This document shows positions 51,579-61,950 of a stretch of 64,000 nucleotides of DNA, in pieces (position 1 is the stretch's first letter; every line of letters starts with the position of its first letter). The DNA is from Protoeuglena noctilucae (lineage: Eukaryota), in contig OY253673.1 of the NCBI GenBank assembly GCA_958009085.1, forward strand, positions 124,001 to 188,000. The letters run 5' to 3'. The notes beneath the pieces were generated by a model. It was given only the letters and a program-made list of their open reading frames with translations, did not search any database and was not told the origin of the DNA. A program made the position numbers and the translations under genes.

Positions 51579-54336
51579 ATGGCGAGCGTCGCCTGCGGGG
51601 TCGAGGCGACTGCGGCGCGCGCCGTGTTCCGCAACATCCGCCGTTGCAGCGCGGTCTGCGCTCCGCGGGGCCCTCTAGCCAAGCGCAATGCAGTCGTTAG
51701 CGACCAGCAGCGCTCGCACCGGTCCGGGTTAAGGCATCCCAGGGGCGGCGCAGCTGTGGCAAGAGCGACGCCCTCCGTGACCACGGCCGCGAGCACCGAG
51801 AGGACCCAAGCGGCACTCGACCTGCTCGCCTGGCTTGTGGAGAAGAAGGGCGTCCCGCCACAGGTAAGCGGGGCATCGCACGCGCTGCTCGCCTCAGCGG
51901 AGAGGCCGCTGAGCAGCTCCCGTTAGCCAGCCCTGCGCCCTCCTCCTGGCGTCTCTTCGCCATCCGCATCCGCGATGGCCCAAGATCGTCAAAGTTGCTA
52001 CTCTCTCGCAGGCTGCCGAGCCGCGTACGGTGCAGGACAGGGAGCTCGGGGCCACACCGCGCACGGCACTGTGCACCACGCGAGACGTGCCAGGAGGCCA
52101 GGTGGTGCTGGAGATGCCCGGCGATGTGTGCATTACGGCAGTCGACGCTCAGAAGAGCGCCGTGGCACCTCTCGCGGAGGGCAGGTGCGGCGCTGGGCTG
52201 CAGCCAAGCGCTGCAAGCCCATTTCGCGCCCAGGACTAGCATCAGCCAGTCTCTGCACCGCTGCCGCAGGTCGGAGCTGGTGCAGCTGGCTCTGTGGCTG
52301 ATGCACGAGCGGGGCGAGGGAGAGCAGTCGGCGTATCGGCCTCTGGTGGCCAGCCTCCCGCAAGGCACGCTGAGCCCGCTGCTGTGGACCGAGGCGGAGC
52401 GGGCAGACCTCCTCCGGGGCTCACCGATCCTCGTAGAGGCCGAGAATCGATTGGCCGGTGCGTCCCGGGGCCCATGGGGGCCCTGACACGCCATTTCCAC
52501 CACCCCCAAGAGAGCCGCCTCGTGCCTCACTTCTTGCCCTGGCCATCCGTGCTCCGTTTAGACACCATGCGCGCCCTGCCTAGCCCTGCCTGTATGCACC
52601 ATCGCCTCTGCCCCTGCCCCGCAGCGCTTCGCAAGGAGTGGGCGTCGATCGAGGAGCTCTGCGCCCAGGACCCGTCGCGCTTCCCTCCCGAGAGGTTCAC
52701 GTTCGATTCCTTCCTGAGGAGCTTCTGCGTCGTGCTCGCGCACTCCACCTTCCTCCCGTCCGCCGAGTGCTTCGCCCTCGTGCCCCTCCTGGGGTGGGCG
52801 AAGAAGACATGTGAGGGTTGCGAGGATGTTTGTCAGAACTGGTGTCGGCTTTTGCAAACAGGGCAGGCCAACGTCACTGAATGTCTGCATCTGACGGTGT
52901 TTCGGATGCCGTGCTTTCTGTCCGTCTCTGATGCGTGCACAGCTGCACCATCATTCCATCCCTGGTGCCCTTGCCCCCAGGTGCTGCTGGCGCATGTGGG
53001 GTGGACTACGACCCCGAACGCGGCTCGGTGATCGTGGTGGCGGACCGGATGGTCCGGGCCGGGAACGAGGTGGCGTTGTCAGACGGGCGGCCCAACGCGG
53101 AGATGCTGCTGGCGTGTGGGTCGGTCGAGACGCCCAACCCGGCGGACTATTTGGACTTCGAGGCGTCCCTGGTGGCCGCGGACCGGATGTACCAGCTGAA
53201 GAAGCAGGTAGTGGAGCAGGAGGGCTTCAAGGACCGTCAGGCGTTCCCGGTCTATGAGGACCGCATGCCCACGCAGATGCTGGCGTACCTGCGCCTGAGC
53301 CGGGTGCAGGACGCTGGGCAGCTGGCGTCTGTCAGCTTCAGCAAGGACACCGGTGAGGGATTAGATGTTGGGACATGTAGCTCAGTGATAATGCCCATGT
53401 GCGCATCCAGGGACGCTGACCTCGCCACCGTGATACTCTAGGTCTTACCTCCTGTTGTAACTGCTTGCCATGCTCCAACATCGCCTCCCTGCCGCAGTGG
53501 TGTCTCAGATGAACGAGTATGAGATTCTGCAGCTGCTGATGGGGGACTGCCGAGAGAGGCTGGCGCAGTACAAGAACAACGCCGAGGAGGACACCAAGAT
53601 GCTGCAGGCGAGGGCTGATGGTGCACAGTGAGCCAAATGTAAGGGGCGAGTGGGCGCGGGCAGGAGGACATGCGGGCAGCTGTCGTGCGGGGAGGTGGCA
53701 GTGGCGTTCATGGGCTCTTACTACGCGACGTGTACTGCATGTATATCGTTAGGCCGCAACTAGCGTGCTTCGCAGGACCCCTCGTTGGCTGCCAAGGACC
53801 GCCTGGCGTGTCAGATGCGGTTGGTGGAGAAGCGCATCATTAGTGGCTTCATGGATGGCGTGCGGAGGTGAGTGCAACTGGCGCAGCGTAGCTGTCGATG
53901 CAAGCGCGACGCACTGCCTGGTGGTGTGTTTGACATGATCGGCAGAGATGGGTGCCTGACCGGCGTGGTTCGTTTCCTGCAGGAGACTGGCGCCCATCCG
54001 GGGCATCCCCACCAAGGCCGGCGGCATGCAGGACCCGAACGCCGACATCCAGGAAGTCTTTGACATCATCGAGGTGACTGCTGATCGTCGCGGTCTTTGT
54101 CGTTCCACCCCTCCGTTCCCATCTGCCACTGTCGACTCACTTCCTGCACTCCCTGCACCCCCTGCGCAGCTCTGCATCTCTCCCCCTGTCATCTGATCCA
54201 CCTAAGCCTTCGTTCGCACTCGCAGAGCATCCCGGAAGCCCCCAAGAAGTTCATGGACGGTTTCATGCGTTGGGCGCGAGGGGAGGACGACCCCGAGTGG
54301 AACGCCAGGGGCAAGGGCAAGGGCAGGAAGGGGTGA
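51579..54336 (+). CDS. Chloroplast Rubisco-LSMT-family SET-domain protein lysine methyltransferase-like protein
   Basis: Transit peptide, LALWLMHER, SPLLWTEAE...LLRGSP, FALVPL, RPNAEMLL..G, LAYLRL and a helical substrate-binding C-terminal domain. Eight introns. Confidence 0.85.
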
Positions 54337-54512
54337 CGGCGACAGCCGATGCTTGAAACAAATGATAACCCTTCCAGCATCGTGCACAGCGACATGCGTA
54401 GCACATTTAGCTGAGCGCCGGGGTAGCGCGGACTGCAAGGGTTGGAATGAATACACACCGACACGCTCCGCATGCAGAAGGCCCTGGCACTGGACAGTTT
54501 CAGTCCGCCCGA

Positions 54513-57500
54513 CTACGAGCACCGCAGTGACCGTCGCCGCAGCCCCCGTCTCACGCCACCGGCCGCACCGCGACGGTCTGGCTGGTGCCGGTGCGCAGGG
54601 CCGCCAGCGCCCGTTCCTGCAGCGTCGCCTCCGCGGCCATCCGCGCACGCAGTCGCTCCTCCGCGGCCTCCGTCGCCGCCAGCATCCCCCGCACCATGGC
54701 CAGCCGGGCCTCGAGGGCGGCCTGGCTCACATCCACAGCCGCGCTGTACCGCCCCTCCAGCGCCCGCACGTGCGCATCCACCTTCTGCAGAGACACGTGC
54801 AGTGCAGTATACATTAGAATGGTATATATCGGAATATGTTATTACATTTAGGAGAGGTAGCGAGCACACGTGCTGTGCAGCGTCCATGTCTATTGCCGCA
54901 TGTCACCCGTTGATCTCACCTCGCTGTGTCCTCCCGACTGTGCGGCCGGCACCCCGGGGCACCGGTAGGGTCCCAGCTGCCCCACGGAGGTCCCCGTGGC
55001 GCTCCCGGGGGTCAGAGCAGAGACGGGCGTCGTGGGGGGCAGCAGGCTCCTCGACCGCTTGGGTCCGATGGAGGCCGGCGTGGCCCATCCTGCCGCCCCG
55101 CCGCGCTTCGCCTCTCCCCCCGGCAGCGCCACCGTCACGCGCTTCGGGGCGCCGGGGTTGCCTCCCGACTTGGCCGTCCCCAGCGCCATCGATGCCGCAG
55201 CGCCGGGCGTGGGAGGCACGCCCAACCGCGGTCCTGCCACAGAGGCCCCTTGGGCATCCGCACCCCACCGCTCTCCCGCCCGCGCCCCCGCCGTCCCCGG
55301 CTCCGCGCTGGCACCTTCCGCCTTGGCATGCCCCGAGTCCCCCGCCTCGCTCTGAGCGCGCTTCGGGCGGCCCCGTGGCGCGCCCGCCTTGGGGCGCTTG
55401 GCGGCGGGGGTGGGGGCAGGGGCGGCCCTCTCGGCACTGACGCTGGCATCTGCGGGTGTTCAGTGCGAACGGAAATGGTCGGCCAATCACGTATGGTCGC
55501 AGCCACCCCAGCCAAATCGCCCCCCCGATACCGACACCCTCAATCCCCTCAGATTACCCCCTGAGATCGGCCCCTGCGCGCGTCACCTGTGATGTGTCCC
55601 GACTCGGTCACGGCCGACTCCCCCGGGCGCTTCTGGCCCCGCTTGCCACTGCCCTTCGCTGTGCCAGGATTGCCCTTGTGAGACCCTGGGGCGCTCTTGG
55701 GCGTCGGGCCCGCCGAGTCCCGGCCCGTGGCGTTGCCTGCGCCGAAGAGCAACGGGGAGCGCTTGCTCTCAAATCAAGGCATCGAGGCATTTGCTCATAT
55801 CCCCAACCCCATCCGCTGACTGTGCGTATCTGCGCACGTCTGTCTAACCAACAGCGCTCCCTGCACCTCATGCACTGCCCCTGCACAAACATGGCTCACC
55901 GGGAGTACTCCCCCCTCCCATGTGCGTGTCGGGTGTCGAACCCTCGGCGCCCTTGCCGCTGCCCTTGGTGCCACTGCTGCCCCCCCGCCGGCGCCGCAAG
56001 TGCCTCCGCCACTCCTGGATCGCCTTCTCCGCTAAGCGCAGCGCCTGCGAGCGCCAACCAGCGCCAGTCTGTCAAAACACTGCTTGCAGCCCTCCCTGCC
56101 CACCCCGTACCTCTGCACCTCTGCCCCTCTCCCACCTGCACCTGTCACATCTGCCCCTCCGATCCGCCCCTCTGCACCTCTGCCCCTGTCACAGCTGCAC
56201 CTCTACCCCGCTGCCCCTCTCCCACCTGCCCCTCTTACCATAGCCCCTCCCCCATCTCCCACCCCTCACCTCCGTAAAGGCGGGCGTCCGCTTGCACCCG
56301 CAGAACTTGTCCCACCGTCCCAGGAGGTCAAAGAGCTCCATTCGGTTCGCCCACCCGACCGTGTGATCGAAGAAGTTGACCAGCACGGCGTCCTTCGACG
56401 GGGGCTGCCCCATCGTGCGCAGGTGCTTGCGGTAGTCCACCACCCGCCCCGGCCAGTACCCATGCCCCTTCACTTTGCCCCACACCAGGTCCCCCGGCCC
56501 CATCTCCCCGGGTTCCTTGGGAGGCGGATCTGCCACTGCGCCCTCCTCGCCCCCATCCACGCCTCCTCTGGAGGGCGTGTCGCTGTAACCGCGGTGACGG
56601 TCACCCACGATCGGCTGGCCCTCGGGGTCGCGGAGCCACGCGAAGCGCTCGGTCTCCAGGCGCACGTCCTCCGTGTCGCCGTCGTCGTAGGCCACCTGGG
56701 AAAAGAGCGTGGGGAAGCTAGCAATCGTGCGATGGTCGGCGACAGGGTGGCAAGCGTCGGGTCACAATACAAAGCCGTATAAGCTTGGCTGGTATGGGAG
56801 AGCATGCACGTGCCCAGTGGTGGTTATAGCAAGAGGAAGCACAGAGGCAGGTGCATCATGGGGCCTGCTCTCTCACCTTGTGCCTGCGGTCGCGCTCGCT
56901 CCACGCCACCACCTCCCCGTCGAACCACTCCCGCTCCTCCGGCCAAAAGACCTTGATGCGGCGGCCCACGGCGAGGCGACCGGGCGCCTCCGCAAGCACG
57001 GCTGCGCTCGCGGCGCTGGGTGCCGAGTCCATCTGACGCCGTTTGACACGCCGTCGCGCGCGGCCCTTGCCCGAGCTGGGGGCTGCCTCTCCCGCGCGGG
57101 GAGACACCGAGGGCGGCACCATGTTGGCCAGGGCCGCGTTGGCGGCCGCGGCGGCGGCGCGGGGGGGGCGCGCGGGCGGCGCGGGGTCCGGGGCTGGGGG
57201 GGGCGTGCCAGGGTGCGCCGTGCTGTCCTGTCCCGCACTGTCTGCCGGGTGGCCCGACCGCGGGTCGCTCGACGGGCCCCGGCCGGCGTCCGCCGCGGTC
57301 GAGAGATGCTCAGCGGCGGCGGATGGCGAGAGAGGCAGGCCCTTGGGGCTGAAGGAGCTCGCGGGGATGCCGCAGCACTCGAGCAGCTTGCGCCGCAGCC
57401 AGTGGTTGTTCGTCGAGGTGGTCGTCAGCCCAAAGACCTTGTGGAACTTGCTCTGCAGCTCCTTCTGCCCCATCTGGCTCACGGCGGCCAGCACGTCCGC

Positions 57501-57755
57501 CGCATCGTCCGTGCCTATGAGCGCGCGAACCTGCGCCAAGGGTCGGGGGCGCCGCGAGATCTCCGGAACCAAATGCCACAGCCGACTCCGCTGGCATTTT
57601 GTGCGGTAATCGCGTTGGATTTCCCGCGGTACCTGCTCCGGCTCGAGAAGGACTTTGGGAAGTTGGGTTTTCGACGCGGGGCTCACGTGGCCAGCGCCCT
57701 GCGCACCGACGCCCTTCCGCGCCTTGTGCGGACCCGAGGAGTCCCCACCCGTCAT
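54513..57755 (-). CDS. Chromatin-reader protein with Tudor and PWWP domains and a C-terminal coiled coil
   Basis: Tudor: VGRRIKVFWPEEREWFDGEV...HKVAYDDGDTEDVRL..E. PWWP: GDLVWGKVKGHGYWPGRV...VLVNFF. N-terminal ELQSKFHKVFG..T.STNNHWLRRKL motif. Confidence 0.85.
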
Positions 57756-58188
57756 GGCTCCGACGCTGATGGACGAGCTGGCCGGGGCGGGGAGGTGCTG
57801 GGCACAGGGCTACAACCCCATCGCCTGAAAGCCTCGCGGCAGTCTTCAGCAGACAGCGATGGCAAGATAGGAGCCAAGGTTGCCCATCCACGCAGGAGCC
57901 GGGCGCGAGAAGGCCGCTGGGCAGCGGGCTGGCACCCGCAACCAGCGCCCAGCGCCAGTCTCTCTGCGCAGGAGCGAATGGATTGGACGTTAGCATCTGC
58001 CCAGTCCACCACTGCCGGGGAGGGTGATGGTAGGCAGTTGCGCAAACCTGCCCTGCTTTTGCAAAGGCTCAGAGCCGACGGTGCAGCGGCCCTGCAGTCA
58101 TCGGCGGACCTAGCAATTGACTCCATCGTGCGCCTGTCGACAATTCGGGTACAAGGAGGAAGACGGGGCACCCATGACCAAGGCTAGC

Positions 58189-58660
58189 ATGCTCAGACTC
58201 TCCCGGAGCCTGCGACTGAGGGTGAGGCGCTTACAGAGGGACCTAACAGCGCTTTGCGGTGATTAGCTTGCACCTTTACGCATCATCGCCAGCATCTCAT
58301 CGTCGTGCCGCGCAGAACTACGAGCTCAAGGACTTCTTCATCCGGATCCGCCCCTTCATCTTTCCCTCGCGAAATCCCCTCCCCGCGGTCGAGCGGGTGA
58401 GCCGACACAGCTGATGTATGCATTGTGGCGATGCCAAAAAAACCGGCCGAGGCGTTTGCCGACGCTCCCGATCTCTGCCGGCGTCGCAGTTCAACCCGCG
58501 AGGGGCACCTCTCTCGTCTTTGGAGGGCCGGGGCAAGGAGGCGGACCAGTCCGCCGAGACGAAGGCGCAGCCGGCGGCCGGGAAATCCGGGGGCCCGAAG
58601 ACGGCGGCCGCTGGGAAGGCAGCGCCGGGGAAGGCAGCCAAGCCGGCCAAGGGCAAGTGA
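58189..58660 (+). CDS. Small basic hypothetical protein (94 aa) with a mitochondrial-presequence-like N-terminus; upstream ORF of a candidate bicistronic locus
   Basis: Exons 58189-58221, 58316-58396 and 58490-58660, joined by phase-0 GT-AG introns: MLRLSRSLRLRNYELKDFFIRIRPFIFPSRNPLPAVERFNPRG...KPAKGK*. An in-frame ATG also lies at 58174. Confidence 0.65.
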
Positions 58661-58682
58661 AGGCCTGCTAGCGCCCTCACCC

Positions 58683-59304
58683 ATGGCCGCAATCCTCCGG
58701 CACGTAATGCTTCTTCAGCGGGACGTTCCGAAGGCGGCGACGTTCTACTCGGAGGGCCTCGGGTTGCGGCTGGTGAGCTTTGCGATTGAGGGCCTGGGCA
58801 CGAACGTTGCAGGGTCCTTTCCTGGTTTCAAAAGACGCACTGTCGCCCGCAGCTAGTGTGCACGAAGCAGTGGGCGGAGCTGGAGTGCGGTCCGGGCGCG
58901 CGGCTGGCTCTGAAGGGCGTGGAGGGAGAGGCGTTCGTCACGACAGGATACACGCCCTTCCTGTCCTTCCAGGTGAGAGGGGCGCGGAGGAGTAATTCTT
59001 CTCGGCTCTTGCACGTTCTTGTGATCACGGGCGTGCGGAGATATCAACGAGCAGGCAGCAGGCGATGGCTGTGGGGTGGCGCTAGCGGGGGACTGCGACA
59101 CAGTGCTCTGTCAACCAACGCCTCGTCTCTGTTGATCTGCAGGTGACGGACATGGACGAGAGGCTGACGAGGATGATATCGCTGGGGGCCGTGATGGACG
59201 GGGCGGTCAAATTCAGCCCCACGTCACGGTCTGCGGTGCTGCGTGCGCCGGACGGGCACATGATCGGCCTCGTGGAGAGGGACGAGAAGGCATCCGAGCG
59301 ATGA
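58683..59304 (+). CDS. Single-domain VOC/glyoxalase-like protein
   Basis: MAAILRHVMLLQRDVPKAATFYSEGLGL...WAEL...GYTPFLSFQVTDMD...LGAVMDGAVKF...LRAPDGHMIGLVE. Two introns. Confidence 0.9.
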
Positions 59305-59429
59305 CCGAGGTTCGCTGGAGTCTGGCAACGCCGGCCGTTTCAAGCAGTGTCGGCTGCGCCCGTTGAACTCTCTTCACATCGCTGTGGCACGCCGTGGATT
59401 GGATTGGCTTGCCGCCGAGCTCGTGAGCG

Positions 59430-61370
59430 TTAGCGCCGCAGCGAATGGATCAGCCCGGCCATGACCATGACCTGGTCGTTGGAGGCCTGCGTTGGTGGCA
59501 TCTGCCGCTGCAGGGAGTGGAAATCCGACTTGGTCCGCCCAGAGAGCCCCGCCTGGCCCGCCCCACGCCCCAGGCTGGGGAACCGCGACCCCTGCCGCCC
59601 GTCCCAGGCCACGTCCTTCACAGACGCCTGCCGCGACGTCGCTGCGAGCACGAGCGAAGCGCAGCTGTCGCGACGCACGACCAAAGCGCAGCCGCCTCGC
59701 CTTACGGCCCTCCCAACCCTCCCACCGCTCGATGCAGCTGACACAGCGCACGTGCGTCGCACCTCCGAAGTTGAGGGTCTTGCCAGCCAAGGGCGAGTGG
59801 TCGCTGGGTGATTTCCCCACGCCCTTATCCCCCGTAGTGGGCCCGCGACGGATGGTCCCGGTGTGCGGCGTCTTGGGCGACGAGTGGGCGTTGCCGGCGC
59901 CCTTGGTGCTTTTGTTCCGGTCCTTCATGTCCCGGCTCAACGCCCCGCCCTGGCCCCGGCCCACCGTCTCCTCCAGGAAGCGCGCGTGGGTCAGGGACGC
60001 CAGCCGACGCACGCGCCCCGAGTCCCCGTCGTCCGTGCGCCGGCGCTCCCGGACCCCCGTGAACCGCGTCCCGATCTTCTCCTTCTCCGCCAGCCTGCGA
60101 TCGACAGAAGACAGAAGCAGGGTTTTGCGGGGCATCCATTTCTGCCCGGCATGTCCCGCGCCCTGCCTCGCACGCAGCAACGGCGCCCCTGCGGATGATT
60201 CGAAGTCATGCAAAGCCCACTTTGTGTTTGGAATGCACGCAAACACGCTCCAGCGCCTCGCCTCTCGAGTTCCGCCAAGCGCCGCTCCCTTTCCCGGTCC
60301 TCCCGGGCCTTCTGTCCCTCAGAGGAGAAGGCGTCCGCGGCCATGGACAGCGCCAAGGCGCGGCGAGACGCGTCCGAGACTATCTTGACGCGGGCCTGCG
60401 CCTTGGTGGGCGCTCCCGAGGTGGTGCGCGAGAGGGGACCGCGGGCCGGGAACGCCCCGGGCCGTGGGGCGTCGCTGGGGGGGCCCGCGAGGGCGCCCGA
60501 GGCCTCGCGGGCCGGCTCGGGCGCGGGCTCGTCAGCGGGGCGCGCCTGCGCTGCCTTCTTGCCCACCATTTCGGGGGGGGCATGGTGCGACCCGCCCCAT
60601 GCAGTCGTGTACGGGCCCTTGGGGCGGCCCCTCGCCACGTCACTCGCGGGCACTTGCACGTAATATCCCAAGGCCCTCACTGACGGCACCAGCTGCGGGT
60701 CCAGGAGCCCCAGACGGATCCTGCAGAGAGGGAGACACCACAGGACTGAGCAAGGCTGGGTGTGGACGGTAGACCGCACCAGGCGACGGGTGGCGCCACT
60801 CACAGCTCCCGCAGGTCCGCGCCGTTCAGAATGCGGCCCGCGGCGGCCCGCCGGACGCCGGTCCACGCCCCCGTGTTGTGTGTCACGTTGTATGTGAGCA
60901 CGTCGAGGACCTGCTGCTCCAGCCGCTTCGACTGGTAGAAGTTGTTGATGAGCTGCTTCGCAAGAGGGTTGCCCCTCGCTGGGACCTGCACGGTCTCCTC
61001 TGCAGAACAGCGGCGGGGGAGCCAGGCATGGTACTTCTGCACTCGCATCGCAGGTGCCGTGCTTGCCGGGCCGCTGCCCACGCCCACCTTGACTGAGAGA
61101 CGCGAACGCCTGGCCCTCGGGTTCCGCAGTCAATTGATCTTCGTACGCGGCACTTTCGGGCATGACATCGTCCATCGGAGGCCTTTCCTCGGGGACATCA
61201 TCCTCTGCCAAGTCCTCGTCGCCCTCCACGCCGTCTCCTTCCATCTTCGGCTCTTCTGCGTACCCTGCGTAGTCTTGTTCATCGTTTCCGTCATCGACTT
61301 CATCGATGACCTCTTCAGATGCCTCCGGCGCCGCCTCCCCTGCGCCGTCCTGCCACGCCTCCTCTCCCGC
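59430..61370 (-). CDS. Hypothetical protein with an acidic N-terminus and a short coiled coil; start not resolved
   Basis: Phase-consistent exons (GEEAWQDG...; EETVQVPARGNPLAKQLINNFY...; IRLGLLDP...; LAEKEKIG...; ...AGLIHSLRR*). First coding exon uncertain. Confidence 0.55.
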
Positions 61371-61950
61371 TGCAGGCACGGTGAGTCGCGCGGCTCAGAC
61401 GCCCGCCAACTAGCTTATTTGCATCCTCAACGTGGCATATACAAAGCCTGGCTCGCCGCACAGCGGCCCCAGACCCCCAGCGGCCAACCTTCAAGACAGT
61501 TGACATGCGGAGACGGCACGGCGCGGGAAAGCAATGAGAATCCACAACATGTCCCAAGGACGTTGCTTGGGCATCGACATGTCATGCAGACAGCGTGGAC
61601 AATCGTCTATCGCCGTCCTGCAGCTCGTCTCGCCCACCTTCGTCTGCCTCCTCTCCCTCGACCTCCTGCTCCTCTCCCTCGCCGAACTCTGGCTCCTCCC
61701 CCGCAAAACTTTGCACCTCCTCCTCCTCCTCCTCCTCCCCAACACCCATTTCTCACTAGCTTTCCGCCCTTCAGCGATGTTGCCCTTTACAGACCCAATA
61801 ACTACAAAAGTCTCCCCGCAGCGACTCACACAATGCAATCGGACGTTAAAGAACTGCCTAGTTAGGCATCCGCGAGGTCGCCTTCCGGGCCCTCGCAAAG
61901 CCCAGACCCAGCTGGCGCCCGCTGGTTCAACCGTAAGAACGTGCTCCCTC

